A program made the position numbers and the translations under genes. The notes beneath the pieces were generated by a model that saw only the letters and a program-made list of their open reading frames with translations, was not told the origin of the DNA and made no database searches. Positions 51,984 through 63,097 of a DNA stretch of 64,000 bases are shown here, piece by piece. The number at the start of each line of letters is the position of its first letter. The first letter of the stretch is position 1. Source of the stretch: Ophelia neglecta (lineage: Eukaryota); contig OZ260661.1 of assembly GCA_965285935.1 (NCBI GenBank), positions 112,096,001-112,160,000 on the forward strand, read 5' to 3'.

Positions 51984-52223
51984 GCCCCGAAATGTAACCT
52001 GCCCCGAAATGTAACCAATTACATTTAAGGGCTGGTTACATTTTTGGGTGCAGTGGAGGGTGCATATGTAACCAACCCCAAATGTAACCAACAACCCGAA
52101 ACGTAACTAGCCGTCCCTGAATGTAACCAACCCCGAAATATATCCGGTTACATTTCGGGGTTAGTTACATTTAGGGGCAGCACTACTGAATTTCAAAATG
52201 TAGCCTTCCCCGAAATGTAACCA
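51984..52223. repeat. Cluster of ~13 CCCCGAAATGTAACC motifs in both orientations
   Basis: direct and inverted copies visible. Confidence 0.85.
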
Positions 52224-54138
52224 GTTACGAGCTTGATCTCGTGTGGGTTGCAGTTCTCCTCTCAAATTAAACCCAATAGGTATTTGGGGGAACTAAATCT
52301 ATAGTTGCATTTGTTTTAACTCATTAGCAGTAAATTTCACAATGATTTTAAATGAGCTATTCTGCTCATTACAGGGCAAATGGAAATGTGAATCTGCTTA
52401 ACAATAATTAAACAAAGTACGTCAATTGCGGACACATAGGCCTATGATCAGTCTGACTCGCAATAAAAGCGTCACTGGATCACTACACATATTGAAATGA
52501 TTGCACTATCGATTAAGTAGTATACCATTTTCCTCTACAATTTAGAGTGACACTTTACATTCTTCTTTGTTTTTGAATATTTTATGGGTGTCATATTAAG
52601 TCCACCATAGAGAGCGTACAGACTATCCTTGGGCATATTTGAATAATATCGATCTAGTACGTTGACCACAAGCTGGTTTGTTTTGTGATTTGACTCCCAT
52701 GGATCATTCCAAATTTAATCTAACTGTTCGAAGCTTAGCGTGATATCCAATTTGGCGTCTAATGTAATAGCGAATCAGCCTACCATGTTAACGCAGGAAC
52801 TACAGAACCATCTTAGATGCTGCCCGCCCACCGCCACCAACACCACCCCCACCGCCAACCAACGTACACCACCACCAGCCTCCACAACCCCCCCCCCCCC
52901 CCACCTCACTCCTCTCACCCCCCCCCCCCCCCCGCACAGATATTGTAGAGATAGTCAGCACATATAACAGAGCACATACCGCCCCAAAGTTAAATAGTAA
53001 TTTTAATGTCTGACTTGAGTTAGGCCTATAGTTATTGCCGTTTCGGGCGGGGCAGGACGAAAGGTTACAGGAGTTTAAAAATGTTATTAAATAATTCTGA
53101 TAAGTAGGAATTAATATAGAGTTTTGAATATTATAATCAATTGTTAAATTAGGAAACATGTTGCTAAGCCAAATATGAATAATAGAATTTTTGGTCATTA
53201 CGTACAGTGTGGGATTCCCTGCAAGGTCGACTCAATTATATACAATGTAGCATAACAATTAATGGGCATAACTGTAAATAAGAAATTAACAAAAGATCGT
53301 AAACAAATGTAGTGCCAACGGGTGGGCAGGGAGGGAAAGAAAGATCACGTATCTTAGTGAAATGTAGAATTAAAAAACAAGGGTCCGAAAGGTAAGTGAA
53401 TTGGAATAGGTGTCGATCGAAGGTGAGATTCCGGAGAGAGATACGAGACTTCCTTCCTGGTCGAAGTCAAGATGAGAAGGATCGTTTAATTCGAAAAGTT
53501 CCTAGAACTGTCTTTCTGTGTGATCTGTTGCGCGATTGGCTGAGCGTGAGCACGTGATGCTGATGTCTTTGTTTTGAGGCTATTGGGTGTAGTTGGCTAT
53601 CGAGGCTATTCCCGGCGCCCGCCGTGAAGTGCAATCAGCCGCGAAACATGAAATGAGGAGATTGGTTTAGAACATACAAACTATATGTGTATATGGTTTC
53701 CTTGCGAAAAACACGGCTGTGTAACCACAACCGTCACATTTTTCTTTGGGAAAGCAATAACACAAGGCACACAGGAGTTTAAAAATTTTATTAAATAATT
53801 CTGATAATTAGGAATTAATATAGAGTTTTGAATATTATAATCAATTGTTAAATTAGGAAACATGTTGCTAAGCCAAATATGAATAATAGAATTTTTGGTC
53901 ATTACAGTCACAGAAATATGATTACATATGCATGGCTAGGTTAAAGTTAAGTATAATTATTAACGTATGTACAATAAAGACTAACGAAGCGACTTGAACA
54001 TATATACAGAGTAGACATCAAATATGTACAATGTGGGATGCCCTGCAACAGTGCAAGGTCGCCATGAGCGAAGGGTGCGGGCGTTGGCAGCACACTGAGC
54101 GGGATCCCACAAATGTAGAGCGGATAAAGGGTAGGTGT

Positions 54139-54296
54139 TGGGAGCAGCATGCGCTGGTCTTCCCGGGAGTGAAAAACCCTTAAATTTGGGAGCAGCATGC
54201 GCTGGTCTTCCCTAGGGTGAACCCTGACTGGGGGCAGCATACGCTGGTCTTCCCTAGGGTGAACCCTGACTGGGGGCAGCATACGCTGGTCTCCCC
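54139..54296. repeat. 42-bp tandem repeat (~3.6 copies) downstream of the YR ORF
   Basis: tggg(a/g)gcagcat(a/g)cgctggtcttccctagggtgaaccctgac; units start at 54139, 54187, 54229, 54271. Confidence 0.9.
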
Positions 54297-54299
54297 GAA

Positions 54300-55199
54300 T
54301 TAAGCTAGCTGTGGAGCGGGGCGCTCTAGTGTGGGAGAGGCACGTGTGCGTCTGATGTAAGATTTGAAGGCATCGCTGTTCCACCGGCCGACAGATTTTA
54401 TTGTGGCTTCAGTCTCATTTTGTAGGGACATTTGCGTGGCCCTACCTATGCGGAACCCATGGGTGTTGTATTGAGCGGGATTTAGTCCAGACATTGACAT
54501 ACATTGTTTTAGGAAAGTGGCGAAGGTGTTTCTCGTTATGGGCACTTTTTGTTGGTTTATAAACAGGGCACCGTCTTGTTGGCCTTTTTTGAGGAGGTAG
54601 TTACGAAGTGCATTATACGGGCAGTATAGCTTTTCGGTTCTGGCTTGTAACAAAACTTTTGCTGTGCGATTCCTTGAGTGTTTAAAAGACTGAAAAGTTA
54701 TTAGGAATTCTTGGTTACTTTGCTGAACCTGGTTAAATTGTAACATGTGTTGGGGAGTTGGGGTCAAGACATCTTCGCAAGCTCTCATGCAGGCGTAATA
54801 CATTATTAGGAAAAGTGCTTTATACATGGTTCTATAATAAGGTGATATTGTGCAGAAAGGGATGGAATCAATCAGTCTTTCCAATATTGACTTTGTGATT
54901 GGGAGCTGATGGTTATCATAGTCACACTTTTCCAGAGAGCTGATTCCGTCTATTGCTTTTCGGACAATTGCACTATCTGTGGGGTCTGGCAACTTCTTAA
55001 TGGTGTGAACGAACGAGATAGCTGACATGTATGTTCGTATAGTTGACTGACGAAGGCCCTGCTGAAAGAGGTGGGTAACAAATAAAGCTACAGTATATTC
55101 GGACACAGGGAGGGTGAGTAGCTGTCGTAATTCGTGGGTAATGAAAGAAAGGAGGGTTTTCCATTGCCTATTGTAGATACGACTTGTGCTTGTAGCCAT
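54300..55199 (-). CDS. Tyrosine recombinase (phage-integrase family) of the retrotransposon
   Basis: STIRTYMSAISFVH N-terminal domain; catalytic residues in MRACE (R), HGFRIG (HxxR), GRW and SYIR (Y); uninterrupted 299 aa. Confidence 0.92.
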   Translation of the reverse strand: MATSTSRIYNRQWKTLLSFITHELRQLLTLPVSEYTVALFVTHLFQQGLRQSTIRTYMSAISFVHTIKKLPDPTDSAIVRKAIDGISSLEKCDYDNHQLPITKSILERLIDSIPFCTISPYYRTMYKALFLIMYYACMRACEDVLTPTPQHMLQFNQVQQSNQEFLITFQSFKHSRNRTAKVLLQARTEKLYCPYNALRNYLLKKGQQDGALFINQQKVPITRNTFATFLKQCMSMSGLNPAQYNTHGFRIGRATQMSLQNETEATIKSVGRWNSDAFKSYIRRTRASPTLERPAPQLA

Positions 55200-55219
55200 G
55201 GATGCGTTTAAAAGCGTAT

Positions 55220-56760
55220 TTAAACCAAGCTGTAGTTGCGAGGAAGGATATCCTCGGGGATCGACACGGGGGATAACTTCATCCTATATTGTAGAAGTGT
55301 GGCTTTGTCCGCCTGGAATCGAGAAATTTTGTCGCATAAAACATTGTCTATACCTGGTATATGTACAGGGTTCAAAGTTATGTTATTTAAGAGGAGGGTG
55401 AGAACGAGTGGGCGCAGTATGGCCATGATACGTGGGCTTTTTGAGCTTTGCTTTTTAAGCACTTCGACTACGGCTTGATTGTCACAGTGGAATGTTATGT
55501 GCGAGTGACTTAGTTGATCAGCAAATGTCATAATGATGGCAAGTATGGGATAAATTTCCAAGACCGCTATGTTAAGTGTTTGCCAGGAGGTGGGCCATTG
55601 TCAATGTATCCAATTGTTTTTGTAGGTTGCTCCAAAGCCTAATTTGGAAGAATCAGAAAAGAGATGTATCGTGGTTGAATCTAAGTTGGAGGGCTTTGTT
55701 ATAAAGGACTTTCCATTGTAGTTTTGTAGGAAACTGTTCCAAGTTTGAAGGTCTTGTTTTGCCCCTCGGCTGAGGCGAAGAAAGTAAAATGGTTTCGAAA
55801 GGCCAATGGTGAGATCGTGCAATCGCCTTAAAAAGGGTTTTCCTGAGGTGACTATGCAAGTTGAAAATTGCAATTTGCCTATCAATGATTTGAGCTCTCT
55901 CAGTGTTAATTTATTGCGTGCCAATGTATCTTCTATGTCTTGTGTATATCTTGCTAGTTTATCTGGTGGAAGCGAAGCAGTCATGTTTATTGAGTCCAGG
56001 TGTATTCCCATGAATACTATTGCAGTGGAGGGTCCTAGTGTTTTGTGGGGGGCAATGGGGACCCCAATCTCGTTACATAATTCTAGGAATATGTTCAGGT
56101 ATTCATGGCATGTCGAGAGTCAGGGGGACACGAAAAAAATTCAATTCAAAAATTTTACAAGAGGAAGCACAACCCATTGGCAGACATTTTTCATAATAGT
56201 ACTCTCCCTTAAATTGGAACCCCATAAGGTGATATTGTTTAGGGTTTATAGGTATGAGCCGAAAAGCGTCTGCAATGTCACTTTTTGCCATGAATGCCCC
56301 CGGTGAACACTGTTGAATGAGGGATATTGCATCTTTAATACTTTCATACTGAACCGTTGAAAAATCTCTAGGTATGTTGGTATTGACCGAGGTTTTGTCA
56401 TATGGGAAAGACAAATTGTGCAGGAGCCTAAATGTGCTTGGAGATTGTTTTTCTCTAAGCGCTAATGGGGAACATTTGAAATTAGGGAAGGGTGCAATTT
56501 TGAAAGGGCCAGAGATTCTGCCAAGGGCTATCTCTTGTTCTAGTTTTTCCTGTACTATTTCAGGGTTTTTTTAATACAGATTGAGAGTTTTTGAATGTAA
56601 TGGAGTTTCAGGGCCAGAAAATTAATATCAAATCCATATTTGAAACCATGCATAAGGTATTTTTCATGTTCATAATTAATTAGATATTTGGTCAGGGCGT
56701 TTATTTGTACCGGGGTTGGGAGATTTAAGTGGTCTCGATTTGGGGGCGATTTGAGGCTGC
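55220..56760 (-). pseudogene. Reverse transcriptase-RNase H (DIRS-type), disrupted
   Basis: PTPVQINAL...GFKYGF; GRISGPF...FRLLHNLS...MAKSDIADAFRLIP...LPMGCASSCKIFE; RNase H motifs LFSDSS, EIYPI, FHCDNQAVV, DKISR. Frameshifts, a TGA at 55601-55603, and no YxDD region. Confidence 0.9.
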
Positions 56761-57959
56761 TGAGGGCGGGTGTGTCCGAAAGTGCTACATTGAGAGTACA
56801 TGGGATGGCGTTTTGAGCACCTAGGACATTCGTGCTTGTAGGCACACGGGTTATTGTGGCACCGTACGCCCCTTTGGTGGAAGGTGAAACAGTATCCAGA
56901 TGGGACTCTTTGATTCTCTTGGTAAGGCCGAAAAGAATTTGTTGGTCGAAAGGATTGTTGGAGGGGAAAATATGCGTCCAGCTGTAGATCTTTCTCGCAC
57001 AGTTGACCAAGAGTATGGCACTTCTGCGTGTTCTCTCTGAGAGCGGAACTCATGGTCATAAAATCGCCATTCGGCTCCGCGGCGCATCAATTGTTTAATG
57101 TGATGGCAGTATGTAAGGAGATCACTAAGGTGAGAGGAATATTTTTGTACATATATTGCCACATATATGTCCATTGCAGAGCTCCATTCATTTTCTGTGA
57201 GCTGCTTTTTCCTACGGGGGTTGAGGTTTAGTTGGGGGGTAGCACTAGGGTCAGAGAATTGCAGGGAGTAGGATCTGCGAGTTCAATGTATTTATGGGCC
57301 CAAATGTTTTGTTTTGTCTGCATATCCACGCATGCACCTAATGGGAGTCCGGATGATGTAGTTGGACGGTGGGTGTTGACAACTATGGGAACGTTAAGAA
57401 ACTCACCGTTAGCTGCCTGTTGGTTTTGATAGTTGTCAGCCAGCTGTGTTTGTTGGACGACAGCTGGCTGGGGCTCTTGTATGAAGTCTGTCTGTGATAC
57501 GGGAAGGTCTGCTGTCTGGTAATTGTCAGGTTGCGGAGTTTGCGGGGTAAAGGTGTCCTGCTGCTGATGGGTGTCTGGTTTTTGGTGGGTTTGAGTTAGC
57601 ACAGCTATCAGTGTCTCCATCTGCTTGTTAAGCAGTTGCTGGCCAGCGATGATACTTTGCTGCATCTGCGCCATGGTGTGTAGGGAAATGTCTGTTTGAT
57701 TTGCTGAAGTGCTCGGCTGAGGTTCGGTCTGTATTGTCATGGAAGGTGTGTCAAACGAGTCCACCAACCGTGCTGGCATGTTTCTCTTTCTTAGGGGCTG
57801 CTGTCTTTGGGTTGGAGGAGCGGGCTTTGATATTGGTTTGGTGCGGGTTCTTCTGAGGGGAGATTTTGTTGCCGAAGGCATCACGGATCTCCTTCGTGCC
57901 TTCAGCTTCATTGAGAGGGATCCGGAGGATCGGGAAGATTTTTCTGATACTTTAGGCAT
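56676..57959 (-). pseudogene. Gag-like ORF1 with C-terminal Cys/His zinc finger, frameshifted
   Basis: Low-complexity Q/P/T-rich N-terminus; 'KQNIWAHKYIEL'; 'WRFYDHEFR'; 'YCFTFHQRGVRCHNNPCAYKHECPRCSKRHP', spread over three frames. Confidence 0.8.
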
Positions 57960-58150
57960 GGCTGTAAAAGAAATGAGCATTAGAAAATAGAACAAAGGTA
58001 AATTGCAGCAAAGCTGCAATGACTGAAACATGTGGGATTAGTGTTTTACTTATGCATCGAGACACACTATGCTCTGAATCAGGTAACGTGTGATACACAA
58101 GGTTGTGCTAGATAATAAAGGGGATAATATTAAGGTATGTATGGGAGAAT

Positions 58151-58752
58151 GGGGCCGAGGCCGGTCCCCGAGATAATATTGGGGTTTGTAGTGGGAGGAT
58201 GGGGCCGAGGCCGGTCCCCAATCATATGAACGAGGTGCTTACGCCGAGGCCGGCAATGTTTATAAAGTTGCACAAATTAGTGCATAGTTATAATGTACAA
58301 AATAGCAAATGCAGTTTGGGACCGAAGCCGGTCCCCGAAAGCTATAAATTGAATTTGAATATTCTTGGGAGTGGCTTACGGTGATGTAGCCAGGGAGGCA
58401 GAAGCCAGTCGAAACAACAAATTTTTTCTGAAAGCAGTGTGGGGCCGAAGCCGGTCCCCACTGAAGTAGAAACTGAATTTTTAAATTTCATGGGCGTTAC
58501 TTGCGTTTAAGCAGCTTGAGAGGCAGATGGCGGTCGAAATATGGCAACAAAATCTTTTTATTCACAAGAATGTTAGCAAATCCAGCGTGGGGCCGAAGCC
58601 GGTCCCCAATGATGTAAAATTTGAACGTCGGCCCTTTTTGTGGGCAGGGAAAACTAGCATGAATAGGAGGCCGAGGCCGGACTCTCGTGGATGAGAAGCA
58701 TGCAATTTTGTCATGTTAATTGGCAAGATCGGAGGCCGAGGCCGGTCTCTCC
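58151..58752. repeat. Array of 8 GC-rich hairpin motifs GGGGCCGA(G/A)GCCGGTCCCC in the element's 5' leader
   Basis: copies at 58151, 58201, 58243 (partial), 58318, 58441, 58589, 58667, 58732. Confidence 0.9.
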
Positions 58753-59654
58753 TGGACAAAGAAAGGTTGTGTGAAGGATGAAGGGGGGGAGGGGGACTGT
58801 TGATAAGGAGGGTGGCGGGCTGTCCCCCACGGCGCATTGTCAGTGGGGTAGGCCTGCTAGGATTGGGAGTGAAATTCATTGTGGGGGAAAAGCGTGGTGT
58901 GCCTGCACAGTCTTAAATGTAATTTCCCTTAGAGATTTTTTATATAATGTCCTGCCTATTTCTGAATTTGGGTGAATGCCATCCAAACTATATGTGTATA
59001 TGGTTTCCTTGCGAAAAACACGGCTGTGTAACCACAACCGTCACAAATTTTATAACGTTATAGGCTAGGCCTACTCTATATTACGCGATATGAATTAATT
59101 AGCACTTGTTCTGAGTTTCAACCCCGGGAAAACTCACAGACTTTCATACGTAAGTCAGTCGAGTCGGGAATAGACTATATGTATAAAGAACGTCTTGTGA
59201 AGTGCTGTATAAAGTGCTGTATGGCGGCCATTAAACTAGGTGTGGCAAGCAAGTTTAGTTCAATAGCGTTATTACATACATATAAGAGCTCCTTTCCGAC
59301 GCAATAATTTAAAAAATCGAATAACTCTTTCCCTTTTTACCGTGAGCAATGCTTTCTTGGATAATTTATCTAAAAAAAACCACGGATATGTTGCAATAGA
59401 ATATAGAAAAACAATTAAACAAAACTTATGTTATCAAATAAGAAAAGTAACAAGTTATGCATGAAGCACACACGAACACCTTGCTGACGTCCATGCTTCT
59501 TTACTCTGTACAACACTTCATATATATTTTTGCCAAGAATTATGTATTTTATGTGTAAAGAAACAGAATAAATTACATCAATCAATCAAACACCTATACC
59601 CGTTACAAAGTCATGCAGGCGCACACACGCTGCCACGGGCGAGAGATGTTTGTC

Positions 59655-59985
59655 TCACACCCGAAACAGCGAGAACACCATCCTTGCTACAACGTGCACA
59701 ATTTTAATGTCCTTTGAGGACATAAGGTAAGTGACTTTCTCGTCATCTGAGAAGTACATAAGAGGCGACAAGAGGTCAAATGATTTCGACATGTAAAATG
59801 ATCTTATTTCATGAAGAGCCCGACAACTTACCAGAAAATGCTTCTCGTCCTCTACACCATCGATCATTACAAAGTTTACATAGCCTAACGTGAGCTGGCG
59901 TCTTAGACTTAGTATGGCGACCACGCCCTATCTCTAAATTATGACTGCATAGCCGTAACCTTGTTATTGCGTGCCTATATTTATA
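59655..59985 (-). mobile_element. Non-LTR retrotransposon (LINE) ORF2 C-terminal fragment
   Basis: RHAITRLRLCSHNLEIGRGRH...RLCKLC / VEDEKHFLVSC zinc knuckle, frameshifted. Confidence 0.8.
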
Positions 59986-60489
59986 TTAAAGAAAATGTTG
60001 TGTGTATAGTTCCAATTCAAAAGGAGCTTAAACAACGAATACGTTCTGAGCTAAGGCTGTTCACTTAGTGACGTTATTTGGGCAAGCCAGTGTCTTGCAA
60101 AGTTTTCCCTTAATTTTGTCTTTAAACTAGAAATTTAAGATGAGGGTTCTCAATATGTGCACTATAGGGACATAAAAATGAAGACTGTGAAATAAGTTAC
60201 CCATGTTTTAAACCCACAATCGGTAACAGTCGATAGAGCGGAAATCCCTAGAACCACTCTGGTCTCACAAGATACATAATCTAAAATAAAAATGCAATGC
60301 CTTAGCATGCATTTCTTGGCCTAGTGGGAGAACACCATATTCCCCGTACAGAGCGGGCGTGCTAGTAGACTGTTTTACGCCAAGCTCTTTTTTAAGGAAA
60401 TGATGGTGATTTTTTCTATCATTTTAATGGCGAACTACCGAATACCTCATATCTCGCCGCCATATAGCAAAATTGTCGAAAATAGAAAG

Positions 60490-61320
60490 AGATATATCGG
60501 GTGGCATGGCGCTTCTGCCTTAAGAATATTCAAAATTTCTATTTTAGTACAAGGACTGACCTAGCACTCACCCTGTTGGGGTTAAAATCGGCAGAAGCAG
60601 AGATTGATGAAAAGAAACTCATGTTCTTCGGCCCAATGTGTCGACTAGATAGGAAGTACACAGCAAAGTTCATATTTGTCAATCGTCTGTGTAGGACCCT
60701 GTAGCAGTAGAACGCATTAGGCTATTTAGGGTCAAAGGCTTTCTTGCGGACCTGCTGCTCATAGCAGAGAAGTATGAACTCATGGAAACCATCCAGACAT
60801 ACCTGAGGCACGGCGTGCCGTGTTCCCGCCTTAAAAGGTCTGGCGAGACGAGGTTAAATAATTAATAAATTTAACCTTAAAAACCTAACAGATCGTGTTT
60901 AGAATGACAAACAGTTAGACAACCTTAGAGATGTGAGTACAGAACTGTTAGCAATAGAACTTTGGCGCGTCCATCGATCTCGCCCTGAAAACAGACATTC
61001 ATTAATGAATTTGTCTCAGCTACTTATCTGGCCAAATAGTGTTAGAGGGATTTGCCACTTCTGTGACTGTTCGGTAAATGATGTGGTAACCCATCTTATA
61101 TTTTACTGCATGCGTTATGTAACTCACAGGGAACTTTTCTAGGAAGACGTTTAAGAGCTCCTGCCTCAGATGGAGACCCTACTCAAAAACAGCTGTGACC
61201 GAGAGAGAATAAGATCGATACTATACATGAGAGACTGTAAAACATGCTTGGAATTCATGTATTTAAAAACTGAGTTAGCTAATGTTAACTAATTTAAATT
61301 ACTTTCATTAATTTAATTCA
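60490..61320 (+). mobile_element. Decayed LINE ORF2 3' portion
   Basis: RFCLKNIQ...TRTDLALTLLG...EIDEKKLMFFG.MCRL...KFIFVNRL, and later CHFC...VTHLIFYC zinc knuckle; many stops. Confidence 0.7.
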
Positions 61321-61639
61321 CATTGCTATGAATTTATAGAATACTTCTTCTATTTAAATGTTCCTTGTTGTATGCTTTATCTCGCGAAAGGCTAATGTAA
61401 TCACTGTAAGGGCACACAATCCATGCGGAAAGGAAGCATTTTGAGGTATGATGTGCATGTAGTTCATTTCTTCCGTGATTACTCTGTGCATTCCGGACAG
61501 CTTCACAACGGTAGCTATAGTCATATAACGATAGACCCACATTTGTAGGAAAATAGGCTAAATTATATGGGCCTAATAAATGATTCCACTGTGAAAATAT
61601 ATATATATTCATTAAATATGAACATGAAATCGAGGACCG

Positions 61640-61970
61640 ATTTGTGAAAAACTACATGCCCTATTCCAAACACGTCGAAAGAAAAATGTTGCCTGTACCC
61701 AGTGAATAAAATGGAGGAACAGTTATAGGCGAGAAAGATGAAATTCTAGAATCATGGTACAAACATTTCAAATAAATGTATATACCAAAGGATGAGGAGA
61801 ACTTTGACCATAATCCTCAGAGATAGGTAAACTCTAGGCCTATAGGCTTTTTGAGGACTGTTCACATATTATTAGACGAGATCATGTCCATGCCAATAAT
61901 TGAAGAGGAAGCGAGAACAATGATAATGAGCTTACATTAAAGGAAACGATGGCACTTTCTGCTGATCAGT
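61640..61970 (+). mobile_element. LINE ORF2 linker fragment (upstream of RT)
   Basis: NGGTVIGEKDEILESWYKHFK*MYIPKDEENFD...PIIEEEARTMIMSL. Confidence 0.5.
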
Positions 61971-62574
61971 TAGGGACAAGGGCACAGGTGCACAAGCACT
62001 CGCACTGCACTACACTGACGTCAGAATGTGCATCTCGCCATAACGAAATGAAGCACTCATGTAAACCGGGTCCGTTATTATTAGAATGCCGTGTCGAAAA
62101 ATGAACATGTTAAAATTTACTATACTAATGGTCAGCCCTTCATCAAATATGGTGTTTTTTAAATGAAAATGTCTCTGTTTGACGTAGATAGATAGGCCTA
62201 GATAGACAAGGAGATAAACACCTACTAGAGCAAATTAATCATGTTAAAGAAGCTGTCCTTGGCATAAAATTAAAACCGCCTAAGTCCTCTGGATACTTTT
62301 TGGTATGAGGGCAGTCTTTATATGTTTATGATTTGAGTCTTTTTTTATTTGAACTTAATCTCAGATATTCCGTATTATATAGGTATTGACTGGTACTATC
62401 CAGAAGATTAGATCTATGCTTTGTAAGATAATGAATTTGCAGGCTTTTCGACAACAGACTTTTCCCGATAAAGTTTACATGTATTGTATGTCCTAAAACC
62501 ATGTAGTAATTGTTGTGTATCGCGCTCACTTTGGTGGCGGATTACCATAAAATACCACGGATTCAAAAGGTGAT

Positions 62575-62702
62575 TGAAATATAGCATGGTAGGGTACCCT
62601 ATGCTTTATTGATGACTCAGACCGGAACTGCTTGGTGCACAAGCATTATTACAGATACCACGAGGGGATCAGAACTGGCTGTTTACATACTACTACACTA
62701 CA
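62575..62702 (-). repeat. Putative 3' LTR (~128 bp)
   Basis: begins TGTAGTGTAG directly after the PPT, ends CTATATTTCA (imperfect inverted ends); AATAAA ~30 nt from the end; partner LTR outside the window. Confidence 0.65.
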
Positions 62703-63097
62703 TCTCTTCCTTTGTTTTTAAACAATATTACTTAATAGAATAATCATCAAATGAATAGAATGTTTACTCTCAATGTTAGAGTTCAGTATGATCTCCATCT
62801 GATCATTTTACACAATAAATGCCCTGCAACCTACTACTGAGGTATTCACTAAAATGTTAATGTTCCTTGCCTTGGCAATATCCATATTATTTGCAAAATA
62901 ATCTCTTTTACTAAATGTCACAAAATATTATCCTTATATTTAAAATCTATCTTAATAATGAAACATATGAAAATGTAAATAACATCTTGAGAGGAGAGGT
63001 TCCAGAACTTCACTCTCACTCATAGTTTTATGAGCACACTAGCCTTTACCGCTAGCTCCCTAACTAGAACCTGATAAATGTCATTTCCCAAACAGTT

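Larger units (their letters stand above)
53067..59045 (-). mobile_element. Tyrosine-recombinase retrotransposon (DIRS order, Ngaro/PAT type with split direct repeats), decayed
   Basis: Order gag - RT/RNase H - YR with no methyltransferase domain. A1 58984-59045 = A2 53677-53738 (62 bp identical). B1 53771-53905 = B2 53067-53201 (2 mismatches), giving an A1-ORFs-B1-A2-B2 layout. Confidence 0.9.

Noticed and set aside
52740-53198. Pro-rich and Gly-rich ORFs
   Set aside because: Translations of a C-rich low-complexity tract and the B2 repeat.
53947-54384. 145-aa ORF as a real gene
   Set aside because: Openness is explained by the 42-bp tandem repeat; no domain recognised.
55806-56306. 166-aa plus-strand ORF (and similar ORFs at 607-834, 57232-57990, 63288-63832)
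   Set aside because: Antisense shadows of transposon coding sequence.
58151-58752. CRISPR array
   Set aside because: Eukaryotic retrotransposon context, no cas genes, irregular spacer lengths, and some spacers are related to each other.
60342-60366. Helitron 3' end (CCCG...CGGG hairpin then CTAG)
   Set aside because: Stem is short, spacing is atypical and no 5' end was identified.
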